From NCBI GenBank assembly GCA_045802525.1, contig JBJMQT010000091.1, positions 11,110 through 75,109 of the forward strand: a stretch of DNA of 64,000 nucleotides. Reading direction: 5' to 3'. Position 1 is the first letter of the stretch; every line of letters begins with the position of its first letter. The position numbers and the translations under genes are program-made. Below the pieces are notes generated by a model. The model did no database searches, was not told where the DNA came from, and saw nothing but the letters and a program-made list of their open reading frames with translations. This DNA is from Gemmataceae bacterium. Its GTDB lineage: Bacteria > Planctomycetota > Planctomycetia > Gemmatales > Gemmataceae. This document shows, one piece after another, positions 48,882 to 57,618 of the stretch.

Positions 48882-50180
48882 TCACTTCTTGATCGCTTTT
48901 TCCGCCTCCTGCACTTTGTCCTCAATGAGTTTTTCATCCTCTTTACTCAGGCCAACTTGGCGGACAATAACGCCCTGGTGATCAATGAGGTAAAGGGTAG
49001 GCCAACCGGTTACGTTCCATTGCGAAGCAATGGGGCCATCCGTTGAGCCCTCGTCCCAGAAAGAACGCCAGGTCAGCTTTTCCTTGACCGAAACGCTCTT
49101 CACCAATTCGCGACTCGGATCACTGTTGATGCCGAGGATGACAAAGGGCTTGCCTTGAAACTTTTCCACGAGCGACCGCTCGTGTGGGTACATCGCCTGG
49201 CAAGGGCCTCACCAGTGTCCCCAGAAATCAAGGAGGACAACCTGGCCCTTGTAATCGCTCAGCTTTAACGGCTTACCCTCTATGTCTTCACCAGTGATCT
49301 CCGGGACCGGCTTGCCGGGTTGAAGCTCACGCCACTGGAATAGTTGCCGCTTGGCTAAGTCTCCTAGAGTGAGGGTCTTATCGCCGCGTACGATGGTCGC
49401 TCCGGAGTAGTCTTTGTCCTTGGTAATTTTCTCGAGAAGCTCCTCGGCCCGCTTTTTCTGTCCGACTTTGTCGCCCTTTCGAATATCGGCGATTGCTTCT
49501 GTGCCGTAATTCTTCTCAAAACTTTCAAGTTGTTTGGCGTCCGCTTTCTTCAGGAAATCCACCATGTCGGCCCGAGCGTCTAGAAGAAGGGCCAATGAAT
49601 AAGCTGCCTGGGACTGGACTTTTTTATCGGGATGCTTCGCCAATATTGTCTCAGCCAGTTCATTTGCCTTCGCATCGAAGAATTCGTGGCTAAGGGTCAT
49701 ACACAAACGGCCGATGCCGGGGTTATCGAAATGGTCTTTAATCAGAGCCGCTTTAGCGCGAGCGAAGGGCGTAGTCGTTTGATTGGGAGGCCGGCTCGAA
49801 TTGCGGACCGCCCAAATCAAGCCGTCGAACGCGGCGGGATCTTTTGGATTCTTTTCGGCGACGTCAACAACTAAGGCAGCATAGGCTTCCCGATCCGGCA
49901 TAAGCTCATAGAGCTTTTCTTGGTCTAGATCGGATTTGGCCGCCTCAAGTTTCTTGCGAAGAGCGGAAATAGCGCCCTCGCATTCTTTGATGAGAGCCTT
50001 GATTTGCTCGCCCGGTTTGCCGGGCGGCAAGGTCGGCTTGGTTGGCGGCTTCGGCGCTTCAGTCTGCACCTTGGCCGATTCCTTCTCCCGTGGCTCGTCG
50101 GCCGGTGCTGGCCCGCATGCCGCTAAAATGATCCAACCCGTCCAGCAACAAAAACGCATGGCAACCTTCCTTAGTCCCAT
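48882..50180 (-). CDS. TlpA/ResA-like thioredoxin-fold protein with in-frame TGA at the redox motif (W-U-G-P-C): candidate selenoprotein
   Basis: Track ORFs 49209..50180 and 48882..49193 are in the same frame, separated only by TGA (49209-49211) plus 5 codons. The read-through translation is ...YKGQVVLLDFWGHW-[TGA]-GPCQAMYPHERSLVEKFQGKPFVILGINSD..., which aligns with the canonical ...FWATWCGPCRAEMP... motif. The N-terminus is lipoprotein-like (MRFCCWTGWIILAAC). Confidence 0.8.
49167..49184 (-). promoter_or_regulatory. SECIS-like hairpin downstream of the in-frame UGA
   Basis: In the mRNA sense: CACGAGC-GGUC-GCUCGUG, a 7-bp perfect stem with a GGUC loop. It starts 24 nt after the UGA. An outer pairing CUUGCC...GGCAAG flanks it. 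Confidence 0.6.
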
Positions 50181-50345
50181 CGGCGCGATCGCCTTGGATT
50201 TTCAAAAAGTATTAGGTTGGTCGGTAATCGTGGCTACCCAGGGCTGGTGGTAGGGCCGAGAGAGCCTAACCTATCAGGACACGGAGTCCGAGTGAATCGC
50301 GAAACCCACCGATTCCCTTCGGTCGAATGGGCTGTGGAGAGTTTT

Positions 50346-51107
50346 TCATCCTTTTGGCTCCTGCGACCGTTGTCCTTCCAAAACCTCGCGCCAAAAGGCG
50401 GGTCGACCGCGGTAGGCGGCCTGGTAAGTCATTTCAAGCGGCACGCGGATGTATCGATCCCAGCCTATAAGCAAAGGCATTTCAGGCAAAGCATCGCCAA
50501 CGGTCAGATGCTCTAAATACACTTCCGGAGCCGAACCGCCCGCGTAGGCAGCCAGGGTGAATGGTTCTGCTGCAGGCAAATCGTAAGGTTCGTTATCGAG
50601 ATATTCCCAGACCGCCCCGTGCATGCCGGCCGGGTCGAAGCGGCCCGGCGGAAACAGGTCCACTAAAAGCAGATGGATTCCAAGGTCAAGAGCAGCGACC
50701 ACTTTGCCGACGAATTCCTGCACATGTTCGGCCCGGTCCTTGTTGGCGGGTGACACCATCTCGATCAGCGCGATCAGCCGATGCCCGCTGACATGGCGGA
50801 TAGCGAGCGTACGGCGCAGACGGCGCAGGCTGCCGGCACTCTTGAGCTTCCGGCGAACCTTGGGCGGCGCCTCCGCGAGAATCAGTCCGCCGCTTTCTGG
50901 AGGCAATGGCGGCAAGGCGGTCTCGGGAGTTGTTGCGTAGAGGGCTAGCAAGTCCGCCACAAATTTCCCGGCATGCTGCTCCGTTAAGGCGTAATATCCC
51001 TGTGGAAGAAGGCCGCCATTGAAGGCGTTGGCAAGTTCCAGGACCCACGCGTTGTGGAAATCGTGAAAAATCCCTGCCTCCACGCGGGTCCAGTCATGAA
51101 CAGGCAT
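50346..51107 (-). CDS. DUF4058 family protein
   Basis: The N-terminus MPVHDWTRVEAGIFHDFHNAW is characteristic of DUF4058 (from memory). Confidence 0.7.
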   Translation of the reverse strand: MPVHDWTRVEAGIFHDFHNAWVLELANAFNGGLLPQGYYALTEQHAGKFVADLLALYATTPETALPPLPPESGGLILAEAPPKVRRKLKSAGSLRRLRRTLAIRHVSGHRLIALIEMVSPANKDRAEHVQEFVGKVVAALDLGIHLLLVDLFPPGRFDPAGMHGAVWEYLDNEPYDLPAAEPFTLAAYAGGSAPEVYLEHLTVGDALPEMPLLIGWDRYIRVPLEMTYQAAYRGRPAFWREVLEGQRSQEPKG

Positions 51108-51275
51108 AGAGAAACCTCAGCCCCGGCCGCTCAGTTGCAATGAAGATTAGGATAAGGTATGGCAGCCGGGTCTTACAAGCAAACATGCTAATTAAACGCT
51201 AGTGCGTACGGTCTTCCGGCAGTGAGACTCCTAATCAAGAAACGCTAGGTCTAGCGAGCGATCCTTCTTTCTCGG

Positions 51276-52469
51276 ATGAGGCAATTCATGCAGCACGAAG
51301 CTATCCCAGGCGTGGATTCTACAATGGCGCCTTTGCCAGGCCGGCTTCGCGAAGTCTGCTGGGTCTTCCTTCGGTTAGGCTTTACTGCTTTCGGCGGGCC
51401 GGCGGCTCATATCGCGCTCATGGAAGACGAATTCGTGCGCCGGCGTCATTGGTTGACGCGCGAAAAGTTTCTGGATCTGCTCGGCGCCACCAACCTGATT
51501 CCGGGTCCGAATTCCACTGAGATGGCGATTCATCTGGGTTACTTGCGCGCGGGCCGGCTCGGACTCGTTATCGCGGGAACGTGTTTTCTATTGCCGGCGA
51601 CGCTGCTGGTAATGGGACTCGCGCGGGCTTATGTCTCCTACGGTTCCACTTGGGAAAACAGCCCATTGCTCTATGGTCTCAAGGCCGTGGTCATTGCCGT
51701 TATCGCCCAGGCGCTTTGGAACCTCGGCCGGTCAGCGATTCGGTCGCCTTTGATTCTGCTTGTGGCCTTCGTCGCGGCCGGGTTTAACGCTTTTCACGTT
51801 CATGAATTGGCGGTCTTATTCGGGGCGGGATTTGCCGTTTTGCTTTGCCGGGAATTTAGACGTCCTCAAAAAACCGGCCCTGCGCCTGCCTTGTTCCTGC
51901 CTACACTGCCGCTGGCCGTCACCGGCGTCGGCGCGACCGGGGCAGGCATTGGTCTTGGAACTCTGTTTTTGATCTTCCTCAAGATCGGCGCCTTCCTCTT
52001 TGGCAGCGGCTACGTGCTCCTGGCTTTTCTAAGAGCGGACTTGGTGGAGCGGGGCGGTTGGTTAACCGAGCAGCAACTGTTCGACGCCATCGCCGCCGGC
52101 CAGGTGACGCCGGGGCCGGTATCAACGACCGCGGCATTTATCGGCTACGTCCTGCTCGGTCCGCTCGGAGCGCTGGTTGCGACGATCGGCATTTTTCTTC
52201 CGGGATTTGTATTCGTGGCTTTGAGCGGACCGTTGATTCCGCGGATACGCCGGTCCAGAGGGGCGGGGGACTTTTTGGACGGTGTGAACGCCGGCGCATT
52301 AGCGTTGATGGCCGTGGTCACCTGGCAGCTCGGAACGAAGGCGTTAATCGATGTGCCGACCTGGGCGATGGCCCTAGTGAGTCTGGTGATTCTGGTGCGC
52401 TATCGGATTAATTCGGTCTGGTTAATGGCCGTGGGCGGTTTGCTGGGAATGGCTTGGAAAGCTGTCTGA
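51276..52469 (+). CDS. chrA: Chromate transporter (CHR family)
   Basis: FLRLGFTAFGGPAAHIALMEDEFVRRRHWL and a second internal repeat FGSGYVLLAFL...GQVTPGP, showing the duplicated CHR domains. Confidence 0.85.
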   Translation: MRQFMQHEAIPGVDSTMAPLPGRLREVCWVFLRLGFTAFGGPAAHIALMEDEFVRRRHWLTREKFLDLLGATNLIPGPNSTEMAIHLGYLRAGRLGLVIAGTCFLLPATLLVMGLARAYVSYGSTWENSPLLYGLKAVVIAVIAQALWNLGRSAIRSPLILLVAFVAAGFNAFHVHELAVLFGAGFAVLLCREFRRPQKTGPAPALFLPTLPLAVTGVGATGAGIGLGTLFLIFLKIGAFLFGSGYVLLAFLRADLVERGGWLTEQQLFDAIAAGQVTPGPVSTTAAFIGYVLLGPLGALVATIGIFLPGFVFVALSGPLIPRIRRSRGAGDFLDGVNAGALALMAVVTWQLGTKALIDVPTWAMALVSLVILVRYRINSVWLMAVGGLLGMAWKAV

Positions 52470-52507
52470 CACAGATTGTAGATAAGGAACAGAATCAATT
52501 AAACGGG

Positions 52508-53119
52508 TTAATTCTTCTTGGCTATTTCGAGAAAACGTCCGCCGTTTTCGAATAGGTCGTCGCCGACGGAGCAGGTCCACAAGATGCGAGCCACGAACCG
52601 GGCGGGTTCGCCGCCTTCCACGTCCGGAACGATGACGACGACCTTCTGCCCCAAAAGCCGGTGGGTGCCGACAAGCCGTATGCCGGTCGCCGATAGGTCG
52701 CGGCTGAGCAAGTTCAATTCTTGCCCTTCTTCGGTGTGGATCTTGACCGGCTGAATGAAATCGAGCCGATCCTGCTCGCGCCGTTCGACTAACTTGGCCG
52801 CCTTCTTGTAATGGCGAATGATGCGGCGAACGGACTGATGGATAGCCTGCTGGAGTCTTTGCTCCTGCTGCATGCGGAAACTAATGGAGGGCACGAAATA
52901 ATAGCGTCCCCGGCGGAGGTTCAGCGCCGGTTCAGCTTGGGCAATAACTTCCTTCCAACGAGAGGCCGGCAATCCCGCGCTGATCAATTCTTCACGGATC
53001 TCCCGCGGCACGGTGTACCCCTGTTGTTGCGCCCGTCGAACGACTGACGCTGCCACTTCTTGCAAGGCGCTCCAAACGTTGGGAGATCCATTCACGGGGG
53101 ATGCCATCAACGGGGACAC
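52508..53119 (-). CDS. PilZ-domain protein (c-di-GMP receptor candidate)
   Basis: The C-terminal region has RREQDR (RxxxR) and DLSATG (D/NxSxxG) at the spacing expected for PilZ. Confidence 0.6.
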   Translation of the reverse strand: MSPLMASPVNGSPNVWSALQEVAASVVRRAQQQGYTVPREIREELISAGLPASRWKEVIAQAEPALNLRRGRYYFVPSISFRMQQEQRLQQAIHQSVRRIIRHYKKAAKLVERREQDRLDFIQPVKIHTEEGQELNLLSRDLSATGIRLVGTHRLLGQKVVVIVPDVEGGEPARFVARILWTCSVGDDLFENGGRFLEIAKKN

Positions 53120-53243
53120 TTATTACTCGCTTCGGCCGCTAAATCGGCACGTCAAGAGGTACGGAATGGGGCCTGTACGACTCTAGCATTAATCCAGGGC
53201 CTAAGTCGGCCTGACCGAATTTTGTTGCCTGGAAAGAATCCCA

Positions 53244-53843
53244 TTACTTTATCTTGGCAACATGCCAATCGTCCAACTTGGCCAGCGCCAGGCGGGCCGC
53301 TTCTTCTTCCGAAGAGCATTGGACATCAATCCGATGATTGTGATCGGGTTGTTCGGCGGGCAGCAAGCAAATGAGTTTGCAGCTGCCTTCGGGCATGAAT
53401 TCGACGTGAAAACAACTCGCTCCGGCGTCGCGAAAGCGCCGCTGCACAGGGCTCCAGTCAAACGCTTCAACCGGTACTTTCATAGACGCAATGCCCAATT
53501 CTTCCGGGGAAGGCAAGAGTACTGTAGCCGGCCGGGTTTCCTTGGGCTTGGTACGCCCGGGCAAAGGCGGATCGTCCGCTTTGCCGCGGGCTACGCGTGG
53601 TTGCGGATTCACGGCCGTTTTGACAGCCTGGAGCCGAGGAATCGACTGAGCATTTGCTTGAGCACGGGGATTTTGGCCAGTCGCGCCGGCATAGTTTGGA
53701 TTAAGGAAGACCGGCGAACCGCCGATCAAGGGGGTGGGACACCCCGCCGGCGGTCAGCCGGCTCCACTGCGCGGCGGCACGGCGCCGATCCAAAGTGCGG
53801 CGCCGATCGACCCCAAGGCAAACAAGAGCGCGTCCTTGCGCAT
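53244..53843 (-). CDS. Hypothetical exported protein interrupted by in-frame TGA (53754-53756): selenoprotein candidate, readthrough or pseudogene
   Basis: AGGAGGA (53853-59) + 9 nt + ATG (53841-43) opens MRKDALLFALGSIGAALWIGAVPPRSGAG-[TGA]-PPAGCPTPLIGGSPVFLNPNYAG..., in the same frame as track ORF 53244..53729. That track ORF has only a TTG start and no RBS. Confidence 0.4.
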
Positions 53844-54183
53844 GGCGGGGAGTCCTCCTGGTCGCGCCAAGCCGGCGATTTGGGTCGGGCCCGGCGCGAT
53901 TCTTGGAAACGAACTTGCGCATCCTTTTCGCAGACGACAATCCCTTGTCGTTCCGAAAGAGCTCGCAAGAAAAAGGGCACAAAGGCGAGTCGGCGAGGGG
54001 GTCAAGCGCGGGTGTGAGACGGGCGAAAAGCAAGTTACCACGAGCGGGTGCGGCATGCACCGTTTAATCTGACGGGCGGAAATGTATCAGAGGCCCGCGT
54101 TCGTGAAAAGCCCAGAATAATAAGTCGGGTGGGATGCACAATTTACAACATTTTCGGAAGGTTTTACAATGGCTTGTTGAAAG

Positions 54184-55563
54184 TCATGAATGGGATCCGA
54201 CCGATTGCATGAGCTTTTCTTGAAAGGCCCTTTTAACGACGCCTCTTCTTAAGGTCCCAAGCACCCAGAAGCCGATCGGGAATGTAATGAGGCAACCGGG
54301 AGGAATCGGCAGCATCGCAAAGAGGGAACAGAGCACGACTAAGCCGCGAGCCTGGAGGTGCATCATTTTCTTGGCGCCTTGAATCATGGTGACTCCCATG
54401 CCTGCGAGCACCAGTAGGAAGACCAAGCCCATTTGGGTAAAATCGCGAAATACGAACACCAATCCTATTAGGCTGACCACGCAATTCAGCCGCCCCGCCC
54501 ACAGCAAAGCGTTGGCAGAGGGTTGTACCTCTGCTTCGATTAGAGCCAGATCCACCCCTCTTCTTGCTTTACGAGGAATGTCGGCAGGGACGACTTCGGG
54601 GAGCGCCTGGGTGGTCAGGGTTTCTACCGCTGTTTTCACATCACTAATCCGCTGATAACGGCGGTCCGGCTCCGTTTCCAGGGCGCGCAAAACGATTGTA
54701 TCAATGCGCGAATCGACCTTGGCTTTCCGCGAAGGCAACGGGAAATTGCCGCGCGGCAATTGGCCGGTCAACATCTCATACAGAACCACTCCCACGGAAT
54801 AAATGTCAGCGCGATGGTCCAGGGCCAGCGGATTATCCATCTGCTCGGGCGCCATGTAGTGCATCGTGCCCATGATCTGCCAAGGGCCCGTAAGCGTGTA
54901 ATCGTTGGTCTTGGGACCGAGCAGTTTGGCAATGCCGAAATCGGCAATTTTCACGCGCCCTTTCTTGTCCACCAGGATGTTTTCCGGCTTAATGTCCCGG
55001 TGGATCACTCCATCGTCATGGGCAAATTGCAAGGCGTCGCAGATCTGTGGAACCAGTTTCAAAGCGTACTCAGGGGCCACGTTTCCGGCCTTCATCAACT
55101 GACGAAGGTTGGCCCCGTCAACGAACTCCATAACGAAATGATAGAGGCCGTCGGTTTGCCCAAAATCGTAGACGGTGACGATGCCCGGATGACTGAGCTT
55201 GGCAAGGGCGCGGGCTTCACGCGTAAAGCGCTCCGCGAAAGCGCTATCACGGCCGGCCTCGGCAGGCAGGATCTTTAGAGCTACCAGACGATCCAGCGCC
55301 GGCTGACGGGCTTTGTAAACCGCGCCCATGCCGCCCAGGCCGAGCAGGCCCAGGATCTCCAAATTGGGAAAGCGAGGGGCCAGTTCGGCTGGCGCCGGGG
55401 CGGCAAAGAGCGTGCGTTGGCTGGAGGTTTGAACGTCGCTACCGAGTGGTGTGGCCGCAGTGGCAGTTACTCCCAAATAGGGTTGGCATTTGGGACATAG
55501 GTCTTCGGGGGCGGCGGCGTCTAGTTCTGCCTGGCATCCTCGACACTGCTTAACCTGAGGCAT
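54184..55563 (-). CDS. Ser/Thr protein kinase with an N-terminal Zn-ribbon and a C-terminal TM region
   Basis: CRGCQAEL...CPKC, GGMGAVYKA, HRDIKPENIL, DFGIAK and YMAPE, with about 4 C-terminal TM segments. The start is ATG 55563 (track 55602). Confidence 0.9.
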   Translation of the reverse strand: MPQVKQCRGCQAELDAAAPEDLCPKCQPYLGVTATAATPLGSDVQTSSQRTLFAAPAPAELAPRFPNLEILGLLGLGGMGAVYKARQPALDRLVALKILPAEAGRDSAFAERFTREARALAKLSHPGIVTVYDFGQTDGLYHFVMEFVDGANLRQLMKAGNVAPEYALKLVPQICDALQFAHDDGVIHRDIKPENILVDKKGRVKIADFGIAKLLGPKTNDYTLTGPWQIMGTMHYMAPEQMDNPLALDHRADIYSVGVVLYEMLTGQLPRGNFPLPSRKAKVDSRIDTIVLRALETEPDRRYQRISDVKTAVETLTTQALPEVVPADIPRKARRGVDLALIEAEVQPSANALLWAGRLNCVVSLIGLVFVFRDFTQMGLVFLLVLAGMGVTMIQGAKKMMHLQARGLVVLCSLFAMLPIPPGCLITFPIGFWVLGTLRRGVVKRAFQEKLMQSVGSHS

Positions 55564-55608
55564 GCCGGCATCCCCTCTGACCAACGTGCGAAAAATGCTC
55601 AAACAATA

Positions 55609-57030
55609 CTATGACACAATGCCTTTGACGAGTTCGCCGAACACATCGGTCAAGCGCATATCGCGGCCGCCAAATCGATAAGTCACCTTCTTATGATCCA
55701 ATCCTAGCAGATGGAGCATGGTGGCATGAAGATCGTGCATGGGCACTTTATCTTCAATCGCATGATAGCCGTAGTCGTCGGTGGCGCCATGGATATGGCC
55801 GGCCTTGACGCCGCCGCCGGCCAGCCACATGGTGTAGCCGAAGGGGTTGTGGTCGCGGCCATCGCTGCCTTGCGCCATAGGCGTTCTGCCGAATTCGCCG
55901 CCCCAAAGGACCAAGGTCGAATCGAGAAGACCGCGCGATTTTAGGTCTTTGAGCAGACCCGCGATGGGTTTATCCACGGCGCGGGCGTTGGATTCGTGGC
56001 CGCCCTTTAGGTTACTGTGCTGGTCCCAGCGATCGTGGCCGAGATTGGAACAGAGCAGTTCGATGAACCGGACGCCTCGTTCGATCAAACGGCGAGCAAT
56101 CAAGCATTGGCGGCCAAAGATCTCCGTCTTTTGGTCATCGATTCCATAGAGGTCCTTCGTGGCGTCGGTTTCTCCTTTCAGGTCCATCAGGTCCGGCACG
56201 GCGGTCTGCATGCGAAACGCCAACTCATAATTCGCAATGGCGGCTTCCAGCTTGTCGCCGCCGCCGCTGCGCTTCATTAAACCGCGATCGAGCTTTTGCA
56301 TGAGACCGAGCTTGCCTTGCTGTAACTTCGCGGTTGATTCGCTGGACTTCAGATCAGCAACGGGAACGTTGCCGCGCTGAAAAAGCGAACCCTGATAAGA
56401 CGCAGGCAAAAAGCCGCTGTTGAAGCAGTCGAGGCCGCCGGGCGGAATCATCCCGCTATGAAGCACGATGAAACCAGGCAGGTTCTTGCACTCCGAACCC
56501 AGGCCGTAAGTAACCCAAGAACCCATGCTGGGCCGGCCCTGCTGGGTGCTCCCTGAATGCAAGAAATAATTGGCGTTGGTGTGGACGGACGATTCCGAAA
56601 CCATCGAACGGATGAGGCAAAGGTCATCGGCGCACTGACCGACGTTTGGAAACAGGTCGCTGACCGGAATGCCGCTCTTGCCATAGTTTTTGAATTTCCA
56701 GGGCGACTGCAGCACCGTGCCGACGTTGTTGAATTGCGTCGGTTCGACTTTAACTTTGATAGGCTGGCCGTGTTCCTTGGCAAGCCGCGGCTTGGGATCG
56801 AACGTGTCCATTTGCGAAGGACCGCCGTCCATGTACAGGAAAATGACGTTCTTCGCCTTAGCTCTATAGTGGGGTGACTTCGGCGCTAGTGGATCTTTGT
56901 CGGCAGGGCTAGCTCCGTAAGCCGGGTCGCCGAGGAGCGCCGTGAGAGCTAGAGCGCCGAAGCCATTGGCACACTGGGCCAGCATTTCACGGCGAGACAG
57001 TGGCGGTCGCACGAAATTGTTGCAATGCAT
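55609..57030 (-). CDS. DUF1501 domain protein (sulfatase-like) with a Tat-type leader
   Basis: The leader is SRREMLAQCANGFGALALTALLG. DGGPSQMDTFDPKP, GGEFGRTP and DGRDHNP are typical DUF1501 blocks. Confidence 0.85.
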   Translation of the reverse strand: MHCNNFVRPPLSRREMLAQCANGFGALALTALLGDPAYGASPADKDPLAPKSPHYRAKAKNVIFLYMDGGPSQMDTFDPKPRLAKEHGQPIKVKVEPTQFNNVGTVLQSPWKFKNYGKSGIPVSDLFPNVGQCADDLCLIRSMVSESSVHTNANYFLHSGSTQQGRPSMGSWVTYGLGSECKNLPGFIVLHSGMIPPGGLDCFNSGFLPASYQGSLFQRGNVPVADLKSSESTAKLQQGKLGLMQKLDRGLMKRSGGGDKLEAAIANYELAFRMQTAVPDLMDLKGETDATKDLYGIDDQKTEIFGRQCLIARRLIERGVRFIELLCSNLGHDRWDQHSNLKGGHESNARAVDKPIAGLLKDLKSRGLLDSTLVLWGGEFGRTPMAQGSDGRDHNPFGYTMWLAGGGVKAGHIHGATDDYGYHAIEDKVPMHDLHATMLHLLGLDHKKVTYRFGGRDMRLTDVFGELVKGIVS

Positions 57031-57050
57031 GACGTCGCTCTAAGGCTTGC

Positions 57051-57605
57051 TCACTCAAAAAACCGGGCAATGTCAATGCTAAACCCGTCTAGAATCCCCG
57101 GAAAACTTAACACATCTCCTGGCTTTAGAATGCATTCCACCTCGTCAGCGCGATAGACCGCTAAATGATTGGATTGGGAGTCCAAAACACAAACGACCAG
57201 GACTCCGGCTTTTTGGAATTCAGCCACTTTGGCAAGAATTTCCGCCCGTCGATCGCGCGGCGACCGGACCTCGAAGAGGATTTCGGGCGCTTGCTCAGAA
57301 TAACCCTCAGGGAGGGGCCCCTTAGGAAGTCGACTATAGCTATAGTAAGCGACATCGGCTCCGCGGACGGTATCGGGACCATGTTCAGTCACAATGCCCG
57401 AATCGTTGCTTACAATTCGACCCGAAGGGTGATCTTCCAAGAACCTTGAGAGGATATACACAATCCTGGCACAATGAAAACCATGCCGCGTCGAGGGCAT
57501 ATTCATTGGCACGATCCTTCCCCCGACCAATTCGGTTGGATAACCCCGATCCGGAAGAACACGGTATTCCTCGACCGTGAGGAGTTTTTCAGCTGCAATG
57601 CTCAT
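57051..57605 (-). CDS. Uma2-family (DUF820) putative restriction-endonuclease-like protein
   Basis: LTVEEYRVLPDRGYPTELVGGRIV...D..VY......P...PEILFEV.SP is the typical Uma2 pattern. Confidence 0.8.
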   Translation of the reverse strand: MSIAAEKLLTVEEYRVLPDRGYPTELVGGRIVPMNMPSTRHGFHCARIVYILSRFLEDHPSGRIVSNDSGIVTEHGPDTVRGADVAYYSYSRLPKGPLPEGYSEQAPEILFEVRSPRDRRAEILAKVAEFQKAGVLVVCVLDSQSNHLAVYRADEVECILKPGDVLSFPGILDGFSIDIARFFE

Positions 57606-57618
57606 GGAATCCCTCTCC

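Noticed and set aside
50181-50348. Possible readthrough of the DUF4058 gene TGA stop (50346-48) into the thioredoxin-like gene, which is in the same frame.
   Set aside because: Another in-frame stop (TGA at 50202-50204) lies between them. The two proteins belong to unrelated families, and the downstream gene has its own ATG and signal peptide.
53262-54072. Plus-strand ORFs of 251, 112 and 90 aa, and minus-strand ORFs 53701..54060 and 53726..53980.
   Set aside because: - Their translations are Arg/Pro/Gly-rich shadow sequences.
- The only frame with an RBS, a signal peptide and a folded-looking C-terminus is the minus frame carrying the in-frame TGA, which is reported separately.
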